Positions 1 through 13,687 of a stretch of DNA of 64,000 bases are shown in pieces. This DNA comes from Klebsormidium nitens (Eukaryota; Plantae; Klebsormidiophyceae): NCBI GenBank assembly GCA_000708835.1, contig DF237020.1:175974-239973 (forward strand), in the 5' to 3' direction. The notes beneath the pieces are model-generated. The model ran no database searches. It was not told the origin of the DNA and saw nothing but the letters and a program-made list of their open reading frames with translations. The position numbers were made by a program, and so were the translations under genes. Numbering within the stretch: the first letter of the stretch is position 1; every line of letters starts with the position of its first letter.

Positions 1-365
1 ACCAAAAGGGGCAGCCTTCGTCATGCGCTGAGATAAAATACACCTATAACGAAGTACCACCTCAAACTACTCATCCTCCAAAATTGAGTACTGAAGATAT
101 ATCCTTAGGCTTGTCGGCGTCTGCCAATCAGCGCAGAAAGAACCATTGTCGACGCTCAACTAATCTAACGTACTTGTCTCAAGGAAAGGCACCCCAGGAA
201 AGGATGCCAGTGCGCTCATGACGTAGACGTTCTAAGCAGCCCTATGCAGACTACGAAGCTTCCTAAAAGACCTGGCAGATTCGAAAAGATACACAGCACA
301 ATCTGTTAGTGACCTGCGAAATTACCCTTTCAAATCGGCCCGCCAGCGGAGAATTTTGTACTCAC

Positions 366-3052
366 CGTCCCGCGCGCATGCAGGAGCGTCTCCCGTTGTT
401 GTGAGAGGCTGCCCAGAATCTGTGCTCCAATGTCCTCGGTCTCTATCGCCACCCGCTTGCTCTCCTTGATCCGCTCTCCCGACTGGTTCAACCGGTCAGT
501 CGTCTGCAGCAACCGGTTCCTCTGGTCCGCAGAGACCGACTGCACGAGGGATCGGAAACATTCACGATCATGAAACCTTCACGACAATACTACCAACGTC
601 TGCATGCAGGAATGTGGAGAAGCATTCAGATGGTTACAGTTGAGGCTTCGAATTGGTCGGTTGCCAACTGATTGCCGATCCAAAGATGATTATACCAACG
701 AGGGTTCAAATACTTCAAAGTGCAGGCTACCCAGCAACTTCACTATATGTGCGCGGCTTGAACCTGTGTAATCTGCACATCGCACGTCGAGTACTCTGAT
801 AGGTCGAGAAGAACCCAGCAGAACCCGTTCGACCAGACACACGAGGAAGACATCTAGCATTGCTTCGCCGGTGTGGTTGTGAGCCCATGTGGCAACCTCA
901 CTGGAGCTTGGAGTCAACATAAGAACTGGAAAACGAGCCAGACGTTCATAAGGGTTGGCCGAAGAGGGCCAAGAAACGAGCCACCGAGGTTGATCGGTTT
1001 GACATGTGTACTGAACTGCCAAAACTCGATTTGACTGTACGCAACCGTTTTGATTAGCCATCTTGGATCGACAATCTCCGTGGATTCAACTCTTCAAAAT
1101 CACGGTTCAGGCAAGCAAACTCAATTTTTCGGCTGTGTCTACAGACGGATTCATCAGTCGTCTCAGATCGAACATCTCCTAAAAATCGCTCTCAAATATC
1201 ACAAATCAGCCAATCAAACATACACACATAATTCAAAGACAAGCCCGCAAAACCAGCACCTAACACCAAAGCTCCAGAGTCCCTCTGAAATCACATCCAA
1301 GCAAGCTGATCTTACACAAAAGCCAGCCTCTTCAAGTGGTCAATGAAATAGCGCTTCCGCTTGTCAATCGCAGAAGAGAAGGCCGTAACACAGAAAAAGG
1401 TGGGAAGTAGGAAGTCTCGAAGGAACGAAACTTCACAGGCGTTTTGGGTAACCTGCTCGAATTGCCGACATTCAAAGCCGAACGCGCTAAGCTCTGCAGT
1501 TCTGATTGCATACAGACCTTGAAAGAAAATATCACAGTTGGCTTGCCACCAGAACACTTCCAACATCATGCCCATCTTAACGAATGATGGGGAGAGGGTG
1601 ATATTAAGGATCCTCGAAGGAACGGCAAACCAAGGCGGAAACTTACCCCCAGGGGTTCTCCCAACCCCCTCTCCATCAGCTCCTGCCTGGCCGCCACCTC
1701 ATCCGGCAGCGCAGCGCTCGCCTTCTTCGCCTCTTTCTTGACGTTATTGAGGCCTGCTTTGTACTCAGCCAGCTTGGACTTCAGGGTGACCAGCTCCGCC
1801 TTGGAGAAGCTCCGTGCCTCCAAGTCCATCTTCCGGATCTGTAGCATTTCATCAAATTCCTTTAGGGAGAGCCCTTGAAGATGCAATTTGAATGCGTGAG
1901 AATCAGAATCCAATGAGCGCCTGGAGGTATTAGTCCAATGACATGCACAGGGCTGAGCCTTGAAGATCTTCAAAGTTCGCCTTGTCGAACCTGGATGAGC
2001 TGGAGGCAACAAATACCTGATACATGTGGGCGGTGGAAACTACCTAGCCAGGACCCAGATCCTTCACTTCCGACATGGCAAGCAGCAACTGAGTGATGTT
2101 TGAGTATCAATCAATCAGACCCACAATCATGCCAACACTTGGAAGCTCTTCGTGCCAGCGTGCACTTATTGTTCCGCAGGTTAGCATGCGTCCGCTGAAC
2201 AACGGAAGCCCCCGTAGTGCTCTCATGCTCATTTGACCATTGCTTTGTCGATGTGTTGGTTAGCTCCAGCTGAGATGGTGATATAACAGGCTGTTTTGCT
2301 GGACGACAAACGGACATGCTAGTCTTCAAACTACGAGCTACTCGATGCATGTCAAGCATACAGAATTCTGCTACCACGAAGTTTGGATGTTTGTAATACA
2401 CTCCAAACTTACCAGAGCCTCTGACTCATCAATCCCCTGCTGCAACTCCTTCAGTTTCTGCTTCTTCTGCTCTGCAAGGTGCAAGAACATGCACCTCAAA
2501 CATGATCCAGGACAATGCTGACGTGTCCGGTCCAACACTGATGTAAGGCTACAATACTGGCCCGGCTTTTTCTCTCAAAACCCACAAACTTTTCATCACA
2601 AAAACCCCAACATTGAGCATCCACCGAGCAAAAACGAATGTCACGTAATAAAATTGATGGCTTCGAAACATGGTTCACCAATTACACGGACAGGACTAAC
2701 AATTTTAGCAGAACCCTAAACTCGACTTACATTAACTCTTGAATGAGGCGACCATGTCATCGACCAGACAGCCCCGTCGATGCAAACACCTTATACAGCA
2801 GACGTGCACTCACCTACAATTGACCAACTTATGCCAAAAGAAGGGGCCTGACAAAAGCGTCCGCATCAGCAGGAAAACGTGTTTACATTCCCTCTTCAAT
2901 CTGAGGGCAGTACTCCTGTCGATTCAATGTTGCCCTCCGATCAGATTGTACTCACCTCCAGATAAAAGAGAAACATTCTCCACTTTCCTCTTTAAGCTGG
3001 CTAGCAACTCCGTGTATTGCCTCTCATAACTCTGGAACATGTTCTCCCCCAT
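366..3052 (-). CDS. VTI1: Qb-SNARE VTI1-type vesicle transport v-SNARE; exons 2956-3052, 2413-2471, 1647-1838, 366-539; 3' exons lie beyond the left edge
   Basis: Spliced translation MGENMFQSYERQYTELLASLKRKV...EQKKQKLKELQQGIDESEALIRKMDLEARS...LKSKLAEYKAGLNNVKKE...DQRNRLLQTTDRLNQSGERIKESKRVAIETEDIGAQILGSLSQQRETLLHAR matches the plant VTI11/12/13 pattern. All introns are GT-AG with consistent phases. Confidence 0.93.
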
Positions 3053-4977
3053 CTTTGCTTGCTACTTTACTGCGCCTGCGACTCTAGGCTCGTGACCTCA
3101 ATGAAAAGTTCACGCTGTGCAAAGCAGCCGCTCTTACAAACACACTGAAGGGAGAAGGACAAAGGATTATCCTTGGTCTGTATGTCCGCTTAATTTCCTC
3201 ACTTGCGATCCCCCTCCTAGCCGCAATCTCCACAAATCGATGACCAAAGGCAACCCTAAAATTCTCCATTCATGAAGAGAAGGCTCGGCCTTCAATCCGG
3301 GCAACTTTCTGGTTGCGTGCCGCCTCAGGCTGTTACATATCGGAGCTTGTGGTCTTTGACACCAGAATTGCAGCCTAACGACAACGTTAGAGGCGGACGC
3401 GCTTTGTCGCGTAGGTTTGTCTAACCAGTACGTCATTTGCCCCCTTAACGTGGATTATTTTGGTGAACTCTTTTGCCATCTACTTTCGACGGCATAGCCA
3501 GATAAAAATAGTGTTAAGGAACCTCCCCGCGCGGGAAAAGCTTAGACTGCACACTGCAACTTCAAGTTCAAGTCACGTTCCAAGTTCAGCCCTGCAACAA
3601 TTTCATCATTTGAGCTTCACTTTCTCGGCAAATAGGGCGCACAAGTGGCGGCTATACACCAACAGCCTGGACTTGCAGGTCAAGGGCAAGGGATCAACGA
3701 AGGCTCCCTTTGAGGGTAGGCGACTTGCGTTGTCCACTTTCAAGAAAGACATTAGCGTTTGCACAGAGCGCTGTGGAATCAGGTCCAGCAAGTGGTCCCC
3801 AAAGGAGCGCCTGTCCAGAGGAGCGGTGTACTGTCTTCCTTGGATAGGCGCTCTCCGCGAGCGAAGTTCGTTCAATTTTCTGATAAAGAAATAAGGTACA
3901 CGTCAGGTTTTACCAATAGCATTGGGCCCCAGGGGCCAGCTCCGAGGGGCGGGGTGGGCTGGGACGACTTCTTGCAAAATGAAGATGGTAATATGCTGAT
4001 ATGATGCAGGAAGGTTGCATCCCCAAGGTTTTGAGGTGAGATATATCTGCTGACTTTCTGGTTTTGAGAAGGACTTGGATGCAGAGATGCAGAGTGTTCC
4101 CTCTCCTATCACTGTGCACCTGGTCGTGCTACAGGCGAAGAGCAGCATCGTGTTCCTGGGGAGAGGTTCATGTCCTTTTCCTGTCTGTTTGAAGGGCGTG
4201 GTCTTGCAAATTGTTAACAATGGAAAGGCGCAAGGTGCATCATGCTGCTGTTTTTGTGCAGTTTCTTGATGGGACTGTTTGCCGTTCTGCTCGTGTACCT
4301 TCTCTGAGCACACTCTAAGTTGCAGCAAATGGCTTTCCTGGTGGTTTGTTTACGAGCACGATTTGATTACCGGGTCTCAAGCTTTGCCGCTGGTTTCGGG
4401 TCCACTTTACCATCATGTTTTCAACTGGTAGAGTTCTGAGCAAGCACAGGTGGTTCTTTGTTGTGTGCTTTAGGTACCCTTATTACCTCTGCACTTTGGT
4501 CAGAGTTAGGGTTCAGCACTACCTTGCCCCATGGTTTGAGAGTCTGGCGGTAATAAGTTCATCGCTTACCGCAGTCGCTATCAAAGTAGAAGAACTCTTC
4601 ATAAGCTCATACATCCATTTTGTAGGCTTTGCGAGCACTTTGGTTTCATTGGCGTAGTGCTCAGAGCGGACCAGGGAATAGTCTTATTTATGTTGCAGGA
4701 GATGCGTCATGCTTGTGCCTTCGATTGGTTTGTAGTGACATTTTGGTGGCGTGTGATACGTCCATATATCTTTGCACTAGGTTGCTCTTGCCCAATCAGC
4801 TCATTCAAGTGATTTTACGGTTTAAATAAAAGTAGTTCATTGGCAGGCAGTTCTTTTAGCTGTTGATTAACCATCTTTTGCTATGTTTTGCAGCATCTGT
4901 CCACGGTGACGGCAAGCCCCGCCTGCTCCTCAGCTCGTCTCCTTCTTTACAACCACACGACTGCGCTTCTAAGTGGT

Positions 4978-7900
4978 ATGACCATGGATGAAGCAAGGCA
5001 CAGGAAACTTGCCAAGGGCTACGCCTACGAGCCAATGTCAGGCCCCGTTGCCACGAGCGGCTATCCAGACTTCGAAGGCAAACGGCAGCGGCAGCACTCT
5101 GCCAAGTATTCAGACGAGATGGTTCCGACGCCTCGTTCAAGCCAGGGTCAGTGGGACGCGCGCGGGGTAAAGCGCAAGGCTGAGCATGCAAATGGGGGGG
5201 CCCACTGGCAGGAGGGGGGCAGGGGGGAGTATGTGGATGAAGACGTGAAGGCCGCAAAGAAGAAGGCCAAGAAGGAAGCCCTCATGCGGCAGTTGGCGGA
5301 GCTGCAGACGGCTAAGGCAACGCTTCGTCAGCGGGAGCAAGTGTTGCTGAGCGGTGGGTCTGCAAGGGACGACGAGTCGCGGGACGCTTGGCCGCAGAAC
5401 GGGGGTGCGGCGCCCAGGCCGATGCACCCCCCCCAGCAGCCGCAGCTGTCGCGGCAGGCGTCAGACGGCAAGGAGAAGCGGACGCCGAAAGCCAACGTGC
5501 TCTATGCAAATGAGTACGTGTCGGCACCGACTGGGCAGGACCACTTAGCAGCCCACGCGTTGAGCAAGGGGGGATCGAACGGGAAGGCGGCGAAGCGGCC
5601 AGCCGGGGGGGATGCGCGTGCCGAGAAGATTGAAAAGGAGCGGGTGAAGCGGCGGGCGGCGATCTGGAAGAAGATCCTGGTGATGCACAACAGGAAGCTG
5701 ATGGGGGACCGCCTGAACTCGTGGTATTTTGCGGAGCCGGTCGACCCGGTACAGCTCAATATCCCAGACTACTTTACCGTGATCAAGCACCCGATGGACC
5801 TGGGGACGATCCGGAAGAAGCTGCAGCGGGAGCAGTACGCGAGCTTCGAGCAGTACGCGGCAGACGTGCGCCTGACGTTCCGCAACGCGATGACGTTCAA
5901 CGGGCCCGAGAACAACGTGCACAAGGCGGCAAAGTTCCTGCTGCACGAGTGCTTTGATCAGCAATGGTGGCCCCCCATCATGCGAGACATTCAGCAGGAC
6001 CGTGAGCAGACCAGGATCGAGGAGGAGGCGTTAGCTGAGGCCGAGTGGCAGGCCCCAAAAGTTCCGAAGGCCCCCCCGGCTGCGAAGAAGGCGCCCAAGG
6101 CCGCGAAGGCCCCCTCCGCAGCGCCGGCGTCGAGCAAGCAGAGCGGCGGGGGGTACGCGCAGCAGGTGCACAGGCCCCCCCCGCCGAAGCCGAAGGTCAA
6201 GCCGATGTCGATGGAGGAGAAGCGGGACCTGAGCATCGCGCTGAGCGACATGGGGGCGGATCTGCTGACGGGGATCGTGGAGATCATCAAGGAGCGGCAC
6301 GCGGAGCTCATGTCGAACGACGAGGAGCTCGAGCTCGACATTGATGCGCTGGATGATATCACGCTGTGGGCGCTGAAGCGGTATGTCGAAGAGAAGCAGG
6401 GGGAGGAGGCGGAGTCGCGGCCACCAGCGCAGGTGAGCTGCTCTTCCAACCATGTGACAGCATTTCTTGTTTAGTAGTGGGTTCACCAGCAGAAATGCTC
6501 TTCATGGAGCTCTTAAGCCATGTTTTCACCTCATTTGGGTCGATATTTGTTCTGAGGTTCAGGGGGTGGGTTCTGGAGCAATTTGCAGGCAGTTGGAAGA
6601 GTCCCATTGGGGCTTGTCGAGGGGTTCTTGTGGAGGACCTTTACTTGAAAACGTTCAAGGCAGGGGCCCCAGGTCTTCGCCTCCTAGGCGTGCAGATGAG
6701 TCTCCAGGCTCCTTTTCAAGCTCTACCCTTTCCAGGCTCTACCCCCTACTAGAGTGAATCATCTGCACTTCTTGATCCCCTTACTGTTTGATATCATAAT
6801 ATCCTCATTCTTCACCCGTTCATCTCTTGTGCTTCTCTCTGCTTTGGTTCTCTGTGTGATTATCCCTCCAGTTTGAACGGTTTTCAGCTTTCACACATCT
6901 TTTTTTCTTGTTACTCCTCCTCCTTACCCCCCCAAATCTGAACGGTTCTTCTGTATATCTCACATCGTTATGTTTGTTTCTCTGTGTTCTATCCCCTCAA
7001 GTCTGAAGGATTCTCTGATTTTTCACCCCTTCGTTTTTGTTCCTCCTTCTTATTCCCCCAAGACTGCAAGGTTCCGATTTCCACCTCTTATTTTTCATCC
7101 TCCGTCCCCTTATACCCCAAATTCTGAATGGTCTCTTCTTTTTCATTCAGGAGGGCGACGGTTCCACCAACCACGACCGGGAGCCCATCACGCCCGCAGG
7201 GGGGTCCTCTGAGGAGGTGCCCTCGAAGCAGAAGAAGGCAAAGGGCCAGAAGTCGAGCTCCACCAGCTCTAGCAGTGGCTCCGAGTCGTCGGGCAGCGGT
7301 GAGTTCGCAGAGCTGAGATGCGAACTTTGGAGAGCTGAGGTTCTCGTTTGCTGACCAGTGGCGCCAGCATTTTTGTAATCACACATGGGACTAGTCGTCG
7401 GGAGAAGCAGTGGAGACTGTGCGCAAAAAGTGTGCATTCGATCTTCCCTAAAGTACCAGCATCTGACTGACATTTGTCAGCATCTGAGTAAAAAAAGACG
7501 ACTTTTGTCAGCATCTGAGTGTACAAAGATAGGCGCAGGGAGGCAAGAAATAAGGAAACAAAGAACTCGGTTTTGAAGACCAAGCGTCTTGTGATGGCTT
7601 AAGGCCGTTGGTAACATCGGCACAATGGGATGTCTTGAACCTGCGTTCGTTGGAGAGGCAGCTCTTCCATTTGGATTGAAGCCGAATGGTCAAAAGTTAC
7701 TGCCCCTTTCAAGTCATGGTTGACTTGGGAATGTGGATCCCGATCGTGCTACCTTTTTGCACGGCATAAAAGAAGCGCAGAAGCAAAGACCCTGCTTATG
7801 GCTATTGGTATGCTGCTTTCTGCATCTGATGAAAGGAGCGCAGAAGCAAAGCGGAAGCAAGTCAAGTCCTTGGTTTGGCCATGGTCAGGACGCCGTACTG

Positions 7901-10900
7901 GAATTTCTGCTGAGCTTCTCGTCAGTGCCTTTTGATTAGCAACTCACAGCGGTTCCACATGTTTTCGCAGGCTCCTCTGGGAACTCCTCAGGTTCTGGCA
8001 GCGAGTCAGAGGCTGACGAGACCAAGCAGAAGGTGCGTGCAAGCTAGCTCCTAGCTTGCTCGTGCCGTTTGCTGATACCTAGGAAATAGCTAGCGCATCG
8101 AGGTTAGAGGTCTCAGGGTGCTAACATCTAGTATGTCCTCTAAAGGCCTTCGCTTGTGTTTCGCATCCGGTCAAGTCGTCCAAAAAAGACATTGTAAAGT
8201 AGCGGCTGGAGAGGGGCTTTCTGTAATAGAAAGTGGCCCCGTATCTGATTATCGAGTTTCACGTTTCGGAAAGCTTTTTAAAGCACCAAGCTTTATTGTG
8301 CTGCTATGCGAAGCAAAGGATTGCACAGGACCGCACAGGACCGCAACTCACACTGCGAGTGATCCTCCAATCAGCTCTCTCCGTGTCTCGGCACGTCGTA
8401 TGGACATAGAGGGCTTTCTCAGAAGCCCTCAGAAACTCTCGACTTAATGTTGACTGGTCAACAAACAGCGAGGCTGAAAAGTCGCTCGTTGTCTTCCTGC
8501 CCAGAAGGCTGCCGGTTCGGGTGACCGCCGGGGGGGCCCTCCTGCCAGCGCCAAGTCCCCGGGCAAGGCGCCAAAACGTGCGTAACTGAGGGTGTCCCCT
8601 CAAGCCTCTTTCTACTTGCTGCTTTTGTGAATGCTCAATAGCTTTTGGACCTGATCTCGACGTTTGAGAACGTTTTTCTCAAGAGGTGTTGCGTTTTCGA
8701 ACGTGTCAGCCGAGTGTTGTATCAAAACAGGTCCAAATTTGCATGAAGCGTTTCATAGAAAGCGCGAGCGTCGTTGAGGGGAAATGTTTGCACCAGAGTC
8801 TTGCCACGGAGAGCTTGCGAGAACATTTCGCCTTCTCCTAGTCAATCTACTGGCCCCAGGTAACTCAGCGGCGTAATGCATGCCTGACAAAGTCGCTGAC
8901 TGCCCAGGCTGACTGCAAACAATCAGATTTGCCTACATGTATCTGGTCTTACCAACGACCGACTTGGTTGCTCTGCTCGTGAGAGGAGACCCTGAGATTT
9001 AGGCCGTGTTTTATTTGACATGGAAGCACTATCTATACAGCTTGAAGCACTTCGCATCCCGTCGGTTTAAGAAGGCGAACGGTCTCAAAGGAGTGGAGCT
9101 TCGAAAGCTTCTGATGCAGGAGATCCAGAAGGAAATTGGCGGAAAGTTGTTGGAGACAACAGCATTACCCACAAAGGGAAGTGGCCAAAAGCTGTTGAGC
9201 GCTTGTCCGCTTATTCCACTTTCTGAGTCTCAGAAGACAGCGTTCGGTTCTTATTTGTTAAACCGTACCGTTTGCAGAGGGCGAGAGGGGCCAGCCTGCC
9301 AGCGGCAGTAAAGCGCAGCTGCCCCTGGCCCCAGCCCCCGCAGCGCCTGAGGCCATCCCTGAGGCCATTCCCGAGGCCATTCCGGAGGTAGAAATGACAG
9401 GTAGGTTGAGCGCCAAGGGAAGCGCTCCTGAATCACAAAGATCTCTGGAGCTTGTGACACTCACTCTCTGGAAGGTTCCATTAAAAAGGCGCGCTTCTGG
9501 GGAGAATGGAATAGAGCAGACGTTCAGTCTGCGAGCCCTGCTTACCTGAAGAAACCTTTGGGATATTCCCGCTCCTGATGTTGTGGGAACGCCTTTCGAA
9601 GCACCGTTTGATCTCAAAGTTTCTGGATCCTGATCTGGTTGGTTTCGATGCTGCCTGTGGTTTGACCAAGATCGTCATTGTCAAGTCTGTTGAAACTGAC
9701 AGGCCCAGACTGCGTCACCCAGAATCGACTCCAGAAGTCAAGCGACCTGGAGTTTGGGCTCTTTTCGGGTTCTTATTAAAATGAGGCCATTCCTTCGAAA
9801 GCGCACAACCCTCTGGTAGCCGGCCAAAGACCGAGAATATGTGCGTCACAGCGAGCAAACGACCTCCGTGCAAGCATGAAGAAGAATGACGAACGACGAA
9901 CCAGAATGTTTCAATGCATGTTCGAGGACAGGCGATCACCTCTTAAGAGTTCTGAGCCAGGTTCGCCTGCCTCTTACAGAGGAACAGCGCGAGAAGCACC
10001 GGCGAGCGCTGGAGCTCCGGGCCAAGTACACTGACACTATCATCCAGGCGCGCACCTCCGACCTAGGGCCAAAAGCGCCAGTGTCAAGGGTGGGTGCTTT
10101 GAAGGGGCCGATGACTTGGCCATGTTTGCTCAACGTATGTACTGCTGAGTGCTTGATCAGAAAGCTTCGCTCAAAGCACAGCTGGTAAAGTCCCTTTTGT
10201 GTCGACTGCACAACCTGGTGCGGGTAAGGGTTCCGGATCTGCGAGGTCTCAGGTCCTCAAGCGGCTGACAGCAGTCGAAGGAAAGGTTGACAAGAAAGGT
10301 TCAAGAAAAGTTCGTCACGATATTATGCGAAGCGCTTGCAATTGGTCGTCATCAGAAGAGTGAGTCGTTCTGAGACTGTGTCGATGCCTCTCCTAGTCCT
10401 TCTACTGAGAATTCAACTCGCCGATCCTTGATACATGACCACAGATTGGCATGAATCATGTGCGAGTCCCGCAAAGAGTTTTCTACTACCATCGGTCAAT
10501 CTCCGTTGGGCAGTCTGCATGCTAAATGACGTCAACATGGCCCCTAGATTGGCAGCTTCGTTAGGTCGAAAATGGTAGGCACTCTGAATCACATCGATGC
10601 AATACGCCCCATTGTCGTGAGGAACCCACAACTCACGATCAGCTCTTTGCAGCAAGGACTTCTTTATCTTTCAGGTGCAGCGCTGTTAGGATCAGCAGGC
10701 GCACCAGTTCACGGAATGTGATTTGGTAGAGAGCAAACCCAAAATACTCTCTTCTGAATAAACCGCCGATTTCTTGACCTCGTACCTCTCCCGCCCTTCC
10801 ACAGAGCGCTGAGGAGATCCGCCGAGCGCAGGAAGAGCGGCGGCAGCGCGAGCTCGCGGAGGCGGCGCGCATCCGGAAGGAGGCCGAGGTGGCGCGGGCC

Positions 10901-11798
10901 GCCGAGCGCCGTGCTCGGGAGGCGGCGGCGGCAGAGGAGAAGAAGAAGATTGAGCAGCAGAGGGAGGCGGAGAGGCTGCGGCTACAGCAGGTGAGGGGAT
11001 AAAGGCCGGGTATCGTGGCCGTGTTTTGTTGTGCTTAGGACTGTGGTTGCGGTCCGTTCATGAAACAAGTCATGATTGTGGCTTTGCGGATGTCCATCAG
11101 GTGCTGCTGTTTACACTTTGGAACAAGTTCGCGGTGCAACGGGAAGCCTGAACGGCGATATTTTGGCATTCGTCAATGGAGGAAATGCTCACGGGTCAGA
11201 TCTGCACACTGGCAGACAAGCCGGCGTTCAAATCCAGTCGCTTTGAACCTTTGCCATCAGCAAAGGCGTGTTGTACTCCAAGCTTCAGGAGCGCTATGTA
11301 CGGATTCCAGGCAACCTTCAGAAGTCAATTGGTCAACGGTATGGGTATTGGCAGGTCTTGCGTTGAAATGACCCTTTTGTAAGAGGTCAGCTCCTCGAGC
11401 CCTGCGTTGCCTTCTCGATTTTCAGGCCCTATCATCCCTCCTCTTCTTTGCAGTTCAACCGCGGCGTCGAGCTGGACAGCCACGACATCGAGAAGGAGTA
11501 CCAGAAGATCAAGACGCTGTCCCCCCAGGACGAGAGCCGCAGCCGCAGCCCCCACCTTTCGCCACCCTCCCCCGAGGCAGAGGCCGAGGAAGACAGCCCC
11601 GGGGGGGTGATGGAACAACTGGGCCTGGTCATACGTCACGATGACGACGAGGCCACAGATGACGAGTATGATGACGAGGAAGAAGAAGCGAACGGGGCCA
11701 CGGAGAAGGACAGCGAGGGGGAGGAGGATGCCGCGATGGAAGAGGGCGCGGGGGGTGCGCAGGCAGAGGAGGGCGAGATGGAAGACGGGGAGATTTGA
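4978..11798 (+). CDS. GTE: Bromodomain and extra-terminal (BET/GTE-type) protein, ~833 aa; exons 4978-6432, 7151-7298, 7971-8032, 8505-8577, 9278-9400, 9980-10089, 10805-10990, 11454-11798
   Basis: Bromodomain WYFAEPVDPVQLNIPDYFTVIKHPMDLGTIRKKL...DVRLTFRNAMTFN; ET domain PMSMEEKRDLSIAL...ELELDIDALDDITLWALKRYV; C-terminal RALELRAKYTDTII plus E/R/A coiled coil as in GTE8/9/10-type proteins. Phases are consistent; small middle exons are less certain. Confidence 0.9.
6840..7150 (+). repeat. Degenerate ~60-bp pyrimidine-rich tandem repeat (about 5 units) in the GTE intron
   Basis: Recurring TA(T/C)...CCCAA-TCTGAA-GG-TT core embedded in C/T tracts, ending at the 7150 acceptor. Confidence 0.6.
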
Positions 11799-13687
11799 GC
11801 GGGGGTGAGATGCTCGGGGCTCAAGGTTGAGAAGTGTAGGCAACGATCCGGGGTCGGTCTTTCAGTATGCCCGTTTGTTACTATGCGGTACAGTAGCTAG
11901 AGACGTATGGAGGTCTCGTTGAAGTGCTCGAGTGTTCGGTCTCGGGGTTTGGTTTCCAGCAACGCGGCCGCGCAAATGCGGTTTTGTTGTGCCGGCCGTC
12001 AATATCTTCAGAAAAATATAAACAAAAATGTCGTGAAGTCGTCGTGGGCGAGAGTAATTAGCTAAATCTCAGCCTACCTATTGTGGTCTATAACATGCAG
12101 GGTAGCGGGTTGGCAGAATTTGTCAGTATGTCACCTCCTAGGATACGTACCTGGGAATCAACTTTTTGATTTGATCATGCATCTAATTCGAATCTGTGGC
12201 CTACTGGCTGTATTTAAAATGAAGTCCTTTGAATCAGAACTTGAAGTGCGATGATGTGATCCAACCCCGAATTATTTGTGAACTGCAGCTTGGCGGGCGC
12301 TGTCGTTATGTTGCAGTGTTGATATCCGCGACTGTGATGATTGTTTAATGTATCCAGCCCCGATCGACATGATTGAATGGTAAATCATGGCGGCCTGCCC
12401 AGCGCCATGGATCGTACACGTTGATTTGCATGATATACATTATAGCCAGGAGTTCACGCATGGCCGGTTCGCGGTCCGGCATGATGAATTATTGACGATT
12501 TTGAAATTTGCACGCGGGCAGATTATACCAATACGAGCAGATTATTTAATATGCATATTGAGTCAACACTCGGATATTCCCGATTCAAGCTACTGCTGCA
12601 TGATTTAAAAAGTTCTGATCGAAACTTGTGGGCACATACCGTACATGGCTGGCTACCGTACACGTTGCATATTAATCGGCCGCGCATGCAGCAGATTACA
12701 ATATTACTCAAATATGTGCAAACATTCCATTTCGGCGAGCTTCCACTGGGTCAGTGCATTCTGCCGCGCAAACCGTACGTAGTCATAAGCTAGCTTTGAA
12801 CGTACAAACGTGCAAACGACGCATGTGCACGTGACATACTGCTACCGTCGAACTTGATCATTTCATACTAATCCTTTTGCAACCAAAGCTTTGCCCGTGG
12901 CTGATCACCAGATTGATTCGCTTCCGCTTCGCGGTTTGTAAAGCTTGCTTCAAAGCTGCGCATCCAATCCGGAGGTTTCCCAGGGGATTGGTCACTCAAG
13001 GCAGAAGCTCCAGCATCCTTCAGACTACGCAACTCCCGGGTCAAAGTTCTGAAAGCAATCCGCTTGTTCGAACTTGCCTCTTGACTTTGATTTGCCTGTT
13101 GGTCCGTTCAGTCAACTTCAAAGACACGGTACCTGCTGGAATCTCTGATCGGGGTTATCTCTTGGAGGGTTCACTGGCTGGACCTGACTCTCTAACGATT
13201 CACTCTACCCATGCCGCTGGTTCCGATTGAACAACTTGCATGACGAACCAGCACTCTGCTAAAGTTTTTGGCGTGTTCACGTGCAGTACGGTCGCTGTTG
13301 CGTTGTCAGAAGCGCAATCACGTGGCTCAAATCGTGAGTCCTCTCGGAACATTCCTTGCACTCTGGACTGACCGACGGCTCGGTAACGATGCCTGCAACC
13401 AGGAAGAGACGACAAACTTCATTCATATGTGCAGCCCAACAATTCTGGCCCAAAAACTTCAAACTCGAACTTTAAGTATTTCGCAGCATATGTCCAGTAT
13501 TGGAGAGCTCGGCAACCTCCGCGACTCGAGGCGTTTCATTCGAAGCGCCACTCGACCATAAATGATGGCCTCCTGATACGAAGACTATGTCTAAATGGGC
13601 GACCGGTATTCATCTAGTTTTGTCCCTTTCTGTTGAATGCGCGATAAAGCAGCCTTATTTCAGATTATCGTTGGCCATCCTGAGCTT

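Noticed and set aside
3460-3894. 144-codon ORF upstream of GTE as a uORF or separate gene
   Set aside because: Starts at GTG, I saw no in-frame ATG, and it has no recognisable motif; more likely 5' UTR or promoter sequence.
5137-6607. Multiple long antisense and alternate-frame ORFs over the GTE exon (similar cases at 24957-25457, 36785-37090, 57255-57598)
   Set aside because: Shadow ORFs caused by GC-rich codon usage of the real genes.
12060-12830. AT-rich island between convergent genes as a transposon
   Set aside because: I could not find termini, TIRs, a TSD or coding remnants; it needs a genome-wide repeat search.
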